A stretch of 64,000 nucleotides of DNA from IMG/VR virus record IMGVR_UViG_3300044712_000823, positions 1 to 64,000 of that record. One strand, 5' to 3'. Shown piece by piece: positions 55,291 through 64,000 of the stretch (the stretch's first letter is position 1; every line of letters begins with the position of its first letter). The position numbers and the translations under genes were made by a program. Under the pieces are notes generated by a model. The model ran no database searches and was not told the DNA's origin. It saw only the letters and a list, made by a program, of their open reading frames with translations. The DNA comes from a virus. Taxonomy: Duplodnaviria; Heunggongvirae; Uroviricota; Caudoviricetes.

Positions 55291-56418
55291 TTATTTAATT
55301 ACTCGTAGCAATACTATATCAGAGTTTATGCGACCTGTCAAGGTCTGCTCAACTGCATTTATTTCAGGAAGTAATTTTTTGAGGATAATTTTTCCACCCT
55401 TTAGACAATTAGGTAAAACCGCTTCAGGTTTCCTAACCGTTTTTTGAATTGATGTGGCTTCATTGTAATTTACAATAGAAGTTCCTTTAACACTTAATCC
55501 CGAAGAATCGATGGCGTTATAGACACCGAGTTTTCTGGTTTTGGTATTAAATATCCAAAGTTGAGAAGCGCCCACAATGTTAGTAGGATCAATAGAAACA
55601 ATCTTAAACCCATTATCATCCTTTTTGAATTGTAGTTTAGAAATAACCTTATCGACAGGTTTTGCTTTTACTTTTCTGGGTTTTCTTGTAGCTTTTGCAT
55701 TATGTGCAAGCTTTGATGCATCGGAGATGATCGAACTTATCAGTTTGCTATATTCTTTCAGATGTGTTTTGGAAAAGTTTGAATAACCTTCTTTAAGATC
55801 CTCATCCTTTGTCTTTTGCACTTCTTCAATTTCAGAAAGCCGACCTTCAAAGAATTTAATGATGTGTGGAGTATGGGCACCTTTAACACCCAAACTTTGC
55901 ATCAATTCATAAGGTTCGAAAACGGTGAAATCTCTAACAAACAAACAATCATCAATAGCAGCTTCAATTTCTGCAATATACTCTTTCGATTTCAGTTCAA
56001 CACGTTCCTGTATCGAAATAGTTGGTGCTGTACTCTCCACGGGCACAGAAGCTTTGATTTTTGTTTTCAGTGTTCCAATAAATTCAGTAATCCATTGCTC
56101 ATTCTTTTTAGACAATGGTGCACCGCGCAGTTTCATTCGGACAACGAAACCCAAGTTCTGAAAATGTTCATCAGAAACTTTTTCTAGGATTTCAATATCC
56201 GTTTTTGGTGCTTTGATTTCTTTGAGATATGAGAGTGTGAATGCTTTACTCTCTTTGGTGCTTGAATGGTAGTTGTACCAATTCAATGCTCTTGTTATAG
56301 ATTCTTCGCCATTTTTCCAGGTGGGTTCACCACCTGAAATTGCTTTTTCGTAATCTTTTAATGATGTGTGTCTCATGTCAAAATGTTTTTGATAGAATCG
56401 ATTCGGAAAGAACGCCAT
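55291..56418 (-). CDS. Hypothetical protein with basic linker.
   Basis: ORF. Confidence 0.4.
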   Translation of the reverse strand: MAFFPNRFYQKHFDMRHTSLKDYEKAISGGEPTWKNGEESITRALNWYNYHSSTKESKAFTLSYLKEIKAPKTDIEILEKVSDEHFQNLGFVVRMKLRGAPLSKKNEQWITEFIGTLKTKIKASVPVESTAPTISIQERVELKSKEYIAEIEAAIDDCLFVRDFTVFEPYELMQSLGVKGAHTPHIIKFFEGRLSEIEEVQKTKDEDLKEGYSNFSKTHLKEYSKLISSIISDASKLAHNAKATRKPRKVKAKPVDKVISKLQFKKDDNGFKIVSIDPTNIVGASQLWIFNTKTRKLGVYNAIDSSGLSVKGTSIVNYNEATSIQKTVRKPEAVLPNCLKGGKIILKKLLPEINAVEQTLTGRINSDIVLLRVIK

Positions 56419-56648
56419 CCACCGTTTTCAACGTCCCAAACAGAGATTGTATTAGGATTTTCTGCTCTTGGCGAGCCTTCTGTCAAAAGCTGTTGTCCTT
56501 GTGCAACATTCACTGGCATATACTCAGGAATTAAAGTGCATTTCATAGTACGCTCGGTACCATCAACTTTTGTGAAAACTACAGTAGCCACACCATTTTG
56601 CAAAACTTCTTTCAACTCATGCTTGTTCATCATTTTTACTTTCCTCAT
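56373..56648 (-). CDS. Hypothetical protein.
   Basis: ORF. Confidence 0.35.
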   Translation of the reverse strand: MRKVKMMNKHELKEVLQNGVATVVFTKVDGTERTMKCTLIPEYMPVNVAQGQQLLTEGSPRAENPNTISVWDVENGGWRSFRIDSIKNILT

Positions 56649-56997
56649 AATATTTAATATTGACTTCCGAATATTCAGAAATTGTGTTAAAAGTTTCTGA
56701 CATAAATTTTTCAGATGTTTCTGTCACTTTAGCTACGATGCCAAGGAAACCGTCATCAATCATTCTAGAAATATAATGTAGAGGTGACGTTAAGATTGCT
56801 TGGAATCTTTCTGGCATTTTAGGTGGGTCATCAGAAAAGATGATGATATCATAATATCCACCCATCTCATTTTTACCAATGTTTTCTGAAGGTATTTTAT
56901 AAGAAAAACCTGAAACTTCCAAATCACCATTTTCGTTTCTAAGGAAGTTTATTCCGTCGTAATCTTTATCCTTTAACGGTCGTAAGAATTCTTTCAT
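56617..56997 (-). CDS. Hypothetical protein.
   Basis: ORF. Confidence 0.35.
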   Translation of the reverse strand: MKEFLRPLKDKDYDGINFLRNENGDLEVSGFSYKIPSENIGKNEMGGYYDIIIFSDDPPKMPERFQAILTSPLHYISRMIDDGFLGIVAKVTETSEKFMSETFNTISEYSEVNIKYYEESKNDEQA

Positions 56998-57403
56998 TAA
57001 ATGCCTTAATATGTGATTTACGAACTCTAACCATTATCCACGTATTGTAGTAATCGTTGGATTCCAACACACCTCTATCAAATTGCTCTTTAGCTTCCAA
57101 ATAGCTACACTCACCTCTGGATTTACATAAGTGAAGTATTTCTCGTTTGAAGGCTTCTTCACCTTGAATCTTAACATCATTTTGAAGTTCTGTGTTGGAT
57201 CCATAGTAAGTTTGCCAGTCCGAAGACACTGTATACCGTTTTTTCTTTCCTTTGAGTATTTTAGTTTTTGCGGAATAAAATAATTTTTTTCCAACGTATT
57301 TTTTACCCGAAATGGTATTGGTGATAAGATAGACGAATCCATAATTATCACCAATATTTTCTTCTTTAAATACTGTATTGTTGTAAGTCCAATTTAAGTC
57401 CAT
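56966..57403 (-). CDS. GIY-YIG nuclease domain protein.
   Basis: GFVYLITNTISGKKYVGKK...N..Y. Confidence 0.55.
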   Translation of the reverse strand: MDLNWTYNNTVFKEENIGDNYGFVYLITNTISGKKYVGKKLFYSAKTKILKGKKKRYTVSSDWQTYYGSNTELQNDVKIQGEEAFKREILHLCKSRGECSYLEAKEQFDRGVLESNDYYNTWIMVRVRKSHIKAFNERILTTVKG

Positions 57404-57585
57404 TCTTCATTATCTTCGTCGAGTTCATCATCATCATCTATATATTCTTCTTCGAAGTTAACGATTTGATCGCCGCAAAATGGACAAAAAGTTGGTGTTT
57501 CATCGGAAACTAGTTCCTCCGTATAAGCAAGTTCGAATGTTGATTCGCAATTCTCACATTCTCCCGATACAAGTTTATCCGTCAT
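57394..57585 (-). CDS. Zinc-ribbon protein with acidic tail.
   Basis: CENC...CPFC. C-terminal D/E run. Confidence 0.35.
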   Translation of the reverse strand: MTDKLVSGECENCESTFELAYTEELVSDETPTFCPFCGDQIVNFEEEYIDDDDELDEDNEEWT

Positions 57586-57596
57586 TTAAATCTCCT

Positions 57597-57824
57597 TTAT
57601 TTTTCTTCTTTTGGTTCCCATTTCATACACCAATAATTTGGCTTCACTTTAGCATCCCATTTCTTGCAATGTTTTGTTCCCGGAACGTAGTATTCACAAT
57701 TACTGCACTTTTCATGTCCAGTTGAAACGTGATATTTTGGTGGCAAACTTTTTGGTATTCTAGTACCATCTGGATATTTTCTCTCCAGTGATTCTCTCAA
57801 CTCTTTTAGTTTTAGTGTGCCCAT
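57597..57824 (-). CDS. Zinc-binding small protein.
   Basis: CSNC...HC...WC. Confidence 0.35.
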   Translation of the reverse strand: MGTLKLKELRESLERKYPDGTRIPKSLPPKYHVSTGHEKCSNCEYYVPGTKHCKKWDAKVKPNYWCMKWEPKEEK

Positions 57825-58798
57825 ACATCACCCCAATTTCCTTGTTGAGCACCTTTTGCATAATCGGTGGCTCGATTTTCAAAAAAGTTGGTATGTGTAG
57901 GTGCGTTAATCATTTCTTCAACCCATGGCAATGGATTGCGTTTAACTTTGAAAATACCTTTCATACCAAGACCAATCAAACGACGATCTGCGATATAACG
58001 AATGTACTTTTTCACATCTTCACTTGTCAGTCGTTCCATCTCAGTTACACCGAAAGCTAGATCAATGAATTTGTCCTCAAGTTCGACCATCTTTTCAGCA
58101 ATCGTGTAAATTGAAGATTTTAATTCATCATTCCAAATTTCAGGATTTTCTTGAATGTAAGTCTTGAAAAGCTTCATCATATTTTCGGCGTGCATCGTTT
58201 CATCAACAATTGACCAAGTAACGATTTGTCCCATGCCTTTCATTTTTCCATTACGCGGAAAATTCAACAACATGATAAACGACGAGAATAGTTGCATACC
58301 TTCAGTGAATGCGGAAAACACAGCAATATGTTTTGCGGTATTTTCTTTTGTCCCGTTCGTATCGGAAATGTCCATGATGAAATCATGCTTGTCTTTCATT
58401 TCTTGATATTCAAGGAATTCACTATATGTGGTTTCAGGTAAACCTAAAGTTTCAATTAGGTGTGAGTATGCAGCAATATGCAATGCTTCACGCGCAGCGA
58501 AACCAAGAAGCATCATGCGTACTTCAGGTTGTTTGAAATAAGGCAGATAGTTCTTAACATAACCACCTGCCACATCAATATCACCTTGCGTGAAGAATCG
58601 GAAAATGTGAGTCAAGAATTTCTTTTCTTCCTCAGTTAATTTTCTTTTCCAATCCTTCTCATCTTCAAGCATTGGAACTTCCGAATGCAACCAATGAATT
58701 TGTTCATGTTTCAACCAGGCATCATAAGCCCATGCATAGTTGAAGGGCTTAAAATTGCTTCTTTCATCTGTTAGATTAGTTGCAAGTTTTTTAATCAT
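57812..58798 (-). CDS. nrdB: Ribonucleotide reductase small subunit (NrdB).
   Basis: Class Ia R2 iron-ligand and tyrosyl radical motifs. Confidence 0.85.
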   Translation of the reverse strand: MIKKLATNLTDERSNFKPFNYAWAYDAWLKHEQIHWLHSEVPMLEDEKDWKRKLTEEEKKFLTHIFRFFTQGDIDVAGGYVKNYLPYFKQPEVRMMLLGFAAREALHIAAYSHLIETLGLPETTYSEFLEYQEMKDKHDFIMDISDTNGTKENTAKHIAVFSAFTEGMQLFSSFIMLLNFPRNGKMKGMGQIVTWSIVDETMHAENMMKLFKTYIQENPEIWNDELKSSIYTIAEKMVELEDKFIDLAFGVTEMERLTSEDVKKYIRYIADRRLIGLGMKGIFKVKRNPLPWVEEMINAPTHTNFFENRATDYAKGAQQGNWGDVWAH

Positions 58799-59042
58799 TG
58801 TTTAACCATTCTTCTAGCTTAGGTTTTGCTGATACTCCAACAAGTCGTTTCATTTCTGTATTTCCATCCAACATCACCAAAGTTGGCACTCCACGAATGC
58901 CATACTCAACTGCAATGTCGGTTTTTTCATCAATGTCATAAACTTCGATTGGAATGTTTGTGTTGATTTCATCTAATGTTTTCGCTAACATCTTACATGG
59001 CTGACACCATGAAGCTGTAAATCTCAATACTCTTTTATCCAT
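58791..59042 (-). CDS. Thioredoxin.
   Basis: WCQPC active site. Thioredoxin fold length. Confidence 0.7.
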   Translation of the reverse strand: MDKRVLRFTASWCQPCKMLAKTLDEINTNIPIEVYDIDEKTDIAVEYGIRGVPTLVMLDGNTEMKRLVGVSAKPKLEEWLNND

Positions 59043-59045
59043 TTT

Positions 59046-60836
59046 TTATCCTTCGCAAGCTATACAATCGTTACCTTGAGCAATCTGTGACATATCTAAT
59101 TCTTTAATCACTTCACGTTCAATTCGTTTAGAAACTTTATCTGCTTTAGCGAGTTTTTCACTACGGCAGTAATACATAGTCTTTAGACCTTTTTTCCATG
59201 CCATAAAATGTACAGCATGTATATATTTGATATGAGAATCTGGTCTAAAGAAAACATTCAAGCTTTGTGCTTGGTCAATATACTGCTGACGATCTGCTGC
59301 ATGTTCGATAACCCAACGTTGGTCGATTTCCATTGAGGTCTTGTAAACTTCTTTTGTTATGTCGTCCATCCAGTCAAGATGTTGTACAGAACCATCATTT
59401 GCGATAATGCTGCTCCAAGTTTCTTCATACCAACCTTCTTTTTGCCGTTCGGCTTCTTTTTTAATAATCAAATCAAGATAACGATTTTTATTTAGAAAAG
59501 ATCCCGATAGAGTATCTTGACGGTATGCATTAGCACGCCAAGGCTCGACACTAGGAGAAGTATTTCCCAAGATGATAGACGAAGAAGCATTTGGAGCAAT
59601 AGCCATAAGATGACTAAAACGGAAGCCAGTGCCCACAGCATCGGGTGCTTCACCGCGTTCTTTACCGAGTTCAATATTTGCTGCATCTAGACCCTTTCTT
59701 ACTGTTCGAAAGATTTGGTTGTTGATTGATTTCGCAATGGCGGATTCAAAGGATACACCTTTACGTTGAAGGTAAGCATGAAAACCCAAAGCGCCAACGC
59801 CAATGCTACGTTCGCGGCTAGCAGAATACTTAGCGCGAGATATACTGTCAGGAGCATTATCGATAAAATATTGCAAAACGTTATCGAGCATTTCTGCCAC
59901 ATCTCGTAGAAAAAGTGTATCATTTTTCCACTCATCATAGGTCTCCAAATTTAAAGAAGAAAGACAACAGACTGCGGTCCTATCTTTATCTGTTGGCAGA
60001 ATAATTTCAGAACACAAATTAGACTGATGTACTTTCAGTCCTTTTTCTTTCAACCACGCTGGCAACTGTCGGTTGCTTGTATCAATAAAATGCAAGTATG
60101 GTTCGCCCGTGTGCATACGCAGGTCTAACACTTTTTCCCACAACATCTTAGCCGACACAACTTCACGCACTTCTCCGGAATTTGGATCGATTAATTTCCA
60201 ATCATCATTTGCATCTTTGTCGACCATACTTCTTTCAATAAGTCGCATGAAATCATCGGGAATATTAATCCCATGATGCAAGTTCAGGCAACGCATATTT
60301 TGGTCACCTGTAGCTTTCCTCATCTCAAGGAAGGGAATAATATCAGGATGGGAAATATCAAGATAGGCAGCATAAGACCCACGACGAGTGCGACCTTGGC
60401 GATACGCCAGGCTAGATGAATCGTAAATTTTGAGGTGCGGCATAACACCAGTAGATTTATCATCCGCCGAACGAATACCAAAACCAATGCCGACACCGCC
60501 ACCAAGCATACTAAGCCAATTAGTTTCACTAAGATTATCAACTAGACCCTCCGCTGTATCTTCAATAAAATTTAAGAAACATGAGATTGGCATACCACGT
60601 TTCGAGCGACCAAAAGACAGAATGGGAGTAGAATATGAAAGCCAGTGCTTAGAACTATACTCATACAATCTTTGCGAATGTTCAAGGTTCGAACCAAAAG
60701 TTTTTGACACATATGCAAATCTATGTTGAGGAGAAGTTTCTTCTTCCCTCATATAAGATTCTTTAAGTCTTTTGATTCCCAGTTCATCGAAAAGTTTATC
60801 TCTCTCCAAGTCTATATTAATTCCTAGATATTGCAT
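59046..60836 (-). CDS. nrdA: Ribonucleotide reductase large subunit (NrdA, no ATP-cone).
   Basis: NLCSEI active site. C-terminal CxxC. Confidence 0.85.
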   Translation of the reverse strand: MQYLGINIDLERDKLFDELGIKRLKESYMREEETSPQHRFAYVSKTFGSNLEHSQRLYEYSSKHWLSYSTPILSFGRSKRGMPISCFLNFIEDTAEGLVDNLSETNWLSMLGGGVGIGFGIRSADDKSTGVMPHLKIYDSSSLAYRQGRTRRGSYAAYLDISHPDIIPFLEMRKATGDQNMRCLNLHHGINIPDDFMRLIERSMVDKDANDDWKLIDPNSGEVREVVSAKMLWEKVLDLRMHTGEPYLHFIDTSNRQLPAWLKEKGLKVHQSNLCSEIILPTDKDRTAVCCLSSLNLETYDEWKNDTLFLRDVAEMLDNVLQYFIDNAPDSISRAKYSASRERSIGVGALGFHAYLQRKGVSFESAIAKSINNQIFRTVRKGLDAANIELGKERGEAPDAVGTGFRFSHLMAIAPNASSSIILGNTSPSVEPWRANAYRQDTLSGSFLNKNRYLDLIIKKEAERQKEGWYEETWSSIIANDGSVQHLDWMDDITKEVYKTSMEIDQRWVIEHAADRQQYIDQAQSLNVFFRPDSHIKYIHAVHFMAWKKGLKTMYYCRSEKLAKADKVSKRIEREVIKELDMSQIAQGNDCIACEG

Positions 60837-60847
60837 TTTTTACCTTA

Positions 60848-61195
60848 TTATTTTACAAATGGCTTCAAGTTAGGTGGTGACCAGCCTTCTGGTTTCAAAA
60901 CCTTGCCATTTTCATTTTTTATTACTTTACCTGTAGTCGAATCAATTTTAGAAAGATTTGAACGTGCAACTTCCGCCCATGCACCATCAACATCATAACC
61001 CTTCATGTAGCAATAACCTAAAATTACCCAAATCAAATCCATACAACCATCAAGTTGTCCTTCTTCATCATTATGCAGATAAGCTATAACAAACTCATCA
61101 AATTCTTCACGAATGAGATTCTTATATAGTAGAACGTTTTTTTCGTTTCGTTCTTGGTCACATGCTTCAATAAATTTTACAACATCATTATTCAC
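60848..61195 (-). CDS. MazG/HisE-like all-alpha NTP pyrophosphohydrolase.
   Basis: EEFDEF...D.LIWVILGY pattern. Confidence 0.45.
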   Translation of the reverse strand: MNNDVVKFIEACDQERNEKNVLLYKNLIREEFDEFVIAYLHNDEEGQLDGCMDLIWVILGYCYMKGYDVDGAWAEVARSNLSKIDSTTGKVIKNENGKVLKPEGWSPPNLKPFVK

Positions 61196-61847
61196 TTACG
61201 AACTCCTTAATCATTGGGAAAATAGTTTCAATTTCTTTAGCACATGCTAGTGCAACTTCTTGGTGTTCTTTCTGCGTTCCATTTGCGGAACGGAGCTGTA
61301 TATAGTGAACCCAAGAACGAAGTGTTCCGTTCATATACATTCGTGATTTCGTGATACCTTCAGGCAAGACGGCACGTGCCTGTTCTTTAGCAATACCTTT
61401 TTCCAGTGCGAATTGATATGCTTCGCCGGCAACTCTAATCACTTCATTCTGATAATTTTCCCACCAGGCTTTAAGTGCTAGATTGTCAGTCTCTACACTG
61501 TTTTGTCGGTTCTTCAAATCTTGTAAACGTGCATCGCGCAGTTCGAATCCCAATTGAGAAGCATCAGCATATCTTTGTGAAAATTCTTGAAAAGAAAAAG
61601 AACGATGACGAAGAATTTGCCTAGCAATATCTCGCGTGGTTTCGATTTCCATACACACCGAAACCATCTCCAGTGGCGACCAATGCTGGTGCTTAATAAG
61701 ATATCGAACTAGCTTCTCAGCAGTATCCGAATTGTTTTGGTTTGCTGGGTTTGATACCCGCGCTGCATATGCAACCTGCTCAAGCAGGTCTTTACCTTCA
61801 GGTGATTGTGAATAATTGATTAATTTAACTTTCATACTTTCTTCCAT
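61188..61847 (-). CDS. thyX: Flavin-dependent thymidylate synthase ThyX.
   Basis: RHRSFSFQEFSQRY ThyX motif. Confidence 0.85.
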   Translation of the reverse strand: MEESMKVKLINYSQSPEGKDLLEQVAYAARVSNPANQNNSDTAEKLVRYLIKHQHWSPLEMVSVCMEIETTRDIARQILRHRSFSFQEFSQRYADASQLGFELRDARLQDLKNRQNSVETDNLALKAWWENYQNEVIRVAGEAYQFALEKGIAKEQARAVLPEGITKSRMYMNGTLRSWVHYIQLRSANGTQKEHQEVALACAKEIETIFPMIKEFVSE

Positions 61848-62839
61848 TGAATAAACTCAAATTTTGCTCTCAGATTAACGAATGTGTTTTTATTGATTAT
61901 ATCAACCAATTCTTCGGTTGTAAAGCCGGAAAGAACCATTTCATTAATGTCTTTTTCTTTCATCATTTCTGGCCAAATGCAAATTTGGAAATGTTCCTCA
62001 ATTGCTCTGTCCATTAATTTGCAGATATCTTTGTTTCTAGGTTCATTGTCGAACACCAGAACAATTTTATCTTTTGGAATGTAATTCACTGCGTTTGTCA
62101 AATTTGCATCAGCGGTTGCAACACCGTTCGGCAAAAACAACGAATCGATAGGACCCTCGGTCACATAAACTTTTTCTTGTTTATTTACCTTGTTCAATCC
62201 ATATATCTTAATGCTTTCTTCAGCTAACTTGATCGTAATATAACGAATTTTTGAGTCACGTAGAGCGCGTCCTTGGAAGGCCAAGAGTGTGCCATCTTCA
62301 TCATAAAAAGGAATGACCAATCGAGGATCATCTTCTTTCAGTTCTTTCTCATGTTCGGGAAAGATTTCATCTACAAACTTCTTGAAGTCCTCTGCATAGT
62401 AAAGGTTATCATATGTATCCTCTGGAATTTTTCGTCCTATGCAATACTGTGCCGCATAGTGATCCATGTCCAGATCAATGATCTTAGGAAGATTGATGAG
62501 TTTTTTCCTGAATACAGGCTTCTCAAATTTTATTTCAGGTTTTTCGTAGGTTCTGGCTGTGTCTCCATTGGTGTATCGTTCCATGGAGTATTCTTTGGCC
62601 ATGTTTGGATCAAGCAAATTGATGAAGTTGTACATTGTGTGTCCAACACCACAATTTTGGCATTTATAAAAGTATTGGTTTTTCTTGCGAAAAACATAGC
62701 CACGGGCTTTGAATTGGTTCTTCTGCGAGTCACCACAAAACGGGCAGCGGAAATTAAACAGGTCGTCTTTTTTCTGTGCGAACCTGTTTAATTTAGGAGA
62801 AAGTAGCTTGAGGAATTTTCTATCAATAAAAATGGACAT
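61832..62839 (-). CDS. 61: gp61 DNA primase.
   Basis: Similarity to T4 gp61 (FRCPFCGDS...KARGY, PRLVIPFYDEDG, TEGPIDSLF, DNEPRN). Confidence 0.85.
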   Translation of the reverse strand: MSIFIDRKFLKLLSPKLNRFAQKKDDLFNFRCPFCGDSQKNQFKARGYVFRKKNQYFYKCQNCGVGHTMYNFINLLDPNMAKEYSMERYTNGDTARTYEKPEIKFEKPVFRKKLINLPKIIDLDMDHYAAQYCIGRKIPEDTYDNLYYAEDFKKFVDEIFPEHEKELKEDDPRLVIPFYDEDGTLLAFQGRALRDSKIRYITIKLAEESIKIYGLNKVNKQEKVYVTEGPIDSLFLPNGVATADANLTNAVNYIPKDKIVLVFDNEPRNKDICKLMDRAIEEHFQICIWPEMMKEKDINEMVLSGFTTEELVDIINKNTFVNLRAKFEFIQWKKV

Positions 62840-62856
62840 AACGAAGGAGGAATCAT

Positions 62857-63300
62857 TTAACCAAAAAGTTTCGTCAGTATATCAAAATTTATGCGAGAAA
62901 ACAACCATGCAAGAACAAGAATACCACCTGCCGCTGTCCACTTCCATTCCAGAATCTTATCGATCTTATGATCCTCGGTTTTATTGTGTTCGGTAATATC
63001 TTTGCGTAGAGCTTTTATCTCATCCATAATTCTACGCTCCGTTAGTTCGACTTTATCCGACAACTCTCTACTCACGGTCGTAATTCTGGAATGTAGCTCC
63101 TTCACATCAGCATCTTTTTCTTCTTCTCTTTTTCTCATATCGTTATATATCTGTTCTACGATTTTTTCTTGACTCTCCGCGAGCTTATCTATAACTTTGT
63201 CCATCTTATCACAAAGTTTTGTTAATGCTTCTACTTGGGTTTTTAGTACACCTACATCCACTTTTAGATCGATGCATTCTTCTTTTTTATCGACCATCAT
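62857..63300 (-). CDS. Coiled-coil membrane-anchored protein.
   Basis: Charged coiled coil plus C-terminal TM. Confidence 0.4.
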   Translation of the reverse strand: MMVDKKEECIDLKVDVGVLKTQVEALTKLCDKMDKVIDKLAESQEKIVEQIYNDMRKREEEKDADVKELHSRITTVSRELSDKVELTERRIMDEIKALRKDITEHNKTEDHKIDKILEWKWTAAGGILVLAWLFSRINFDILTKLFG

Positions 63301-63497
63301 TTTTTCACAGGAATTTCCGTGCCCTCAAGCTTCTTATGAACCTTGATCTTTTTACAATCTTGTTGTGGTTTTCCGTCTTTACCTACAACAGCTTTACCGT
63401 CTTTACCAAGCTTATCTACACAAACAGTTTTTTCTTCACCGGCGGCAAAAACTGTTGCAGAAAATGACAATAGTAGGGCACAGATAATTTTTTTCAT
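63297..63497 (-). CDS. Small secreted protein.
   Basis: Signal peptide. Lys-rich. Confidence 0.4.
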   Translation of the reverse strand: MKKIICALLLSFSATVFAAGEEKTVCVDKLGKDGKAVVGKDGKPQQDCKKIKVHKKLEGTEIPVKK

Positions 63498-63507
63498 TTT
63501 GATTCCT

Positions 63508-63963
63508 TTAAATTTCTGGATGATCTGGTTGTATGGGAGCCGGTTTGCCGCCGAAGCCGCTTACAACTTCTGTTTTGAGAATTGGTTCCTGTCTAGCTTC
63601 AACGACAGGTGTGAATGTTCTTTGCACTTGTTGTACAGGTTTTGGTTCTACAACAATAGGTGTAGGTGGTTTATCCCAACCTTTGTTGGCAGCCTTCAAC
63701 GCTTCCGCTTGAGCATTTTTATCATTTCCCGCCAACATTATACCAGAAAGTGTTCCAGTTAAAAACGTTGCAATAGGAATAATCAATTCGAAAAACTTTT
63801 GGTCAATGGGTGAAATTGCATTCAATGGTTGTGTCACGAATATAATCGAATATAGAACAACGAAAACAATTCCAGTTAACGTTAGTGCTAGACAAATACC
63901 AATGAAAAATTTCAGACGAGCCATCAACTGCTCTTCCGTGTATAAGAATGTATTATTTTCCAC
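63508..63963 (-). CDS. Membrane protein.
   Basis: Two TM helices. Pro-rich tail. Confidence 0.4.
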   Translation of the reverse strand: MENNTFLYTEEQLMARLKFFIGICLALTLTGIVFVVLYSIIFVTQPLNAISPIDQKFFELIIPIATFLTGTLSGIMLAGNDKNAQAEALKAANKGWDKPPTPIVVEPKPVQQVQRTFTPVVEARQEPILKTEVVSGFGGKPAPIQPDHPEI

Positions 63964-64000
63964 AACTTGCTCCTTGTGTCAATGATTGCGCTGAAGGCAA

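Noticed and set aside
57812-60836. Group I intron or intein in nrdA/nrdB, as in T-even phages.
   Set aside because: Both reading frames are continuous and of normal length for ATP-cone-less NrdA and NrdB. No ORF-free structured insertion is visible.
1-64000. CRISPR array or T4-type TATAAATA late promoters.
   Set aside because: No regularly spaced direct repeats with unique spacers were seen. The repeats present are promoter cassettes with variable spacing. No exact TATAAATA late-promoter match was found upstream of the structural or late genes by eye. This needs a computational scan.

Overview
The window is a 64-kb segment of a divergent T4-like (Tevenvirinae-type) myovirus genome. It is AT-rich and gene-dense. 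The T4 assignment rests on clear core homologues: gp32 SSB, gp59 helicase loader, gp33, rIIA and rIIB, RNase H, DexA, gp61 primase, NrdA, NrdB, a gp19-family tail-tube protein and a gp4-like protein. It also carries auxiliary genes typical of marine/environmental T4-like phages: cobS plus a cobT-like vWA gene, phoH, two mazG-like genes, two 2OG-Fe(II) oxygenases, thyX, thioredoxin, PPK2 and a SpoT/Mesh1-like HD (p)ppGpp hydrolase. Positions ~33–47 kb form a hyperplastic early-gene region packed with tiny ORFs and paralogous small-protein families. Inside it sits a ~5-kb GC-rich island (~42.2–47.25 kb) of foreign composition. Through this region runs a dispersed family of at least 15 near-identical sigma70-like promoters (TTGCCA, 16–17 nt, TGn, (C/T)ATAAT), several paired with conserved stem-loops. 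This matches the promoter-early stem-loop (PeSL) mobile regulatory cassettes described for T4-type phages. Other notable items are a homing-endonuclease cluster (three HNH, two GIY-YIG) in which two unrelated endonucleases share an ~85-bp leader with an AGGAG-N7-TTG start, a small serine recombinase, and a PPK2–SPFH–AAA gene cluster. There is also a tRNA-like 3' fragment, a split MoxR–vWA (CobS/CobT-like) pair, and a glycosyltransferase–FkbM methyltransferase fusion inside the baseplate module. No CRISPR array, rRNA or canonical tRNA was found.
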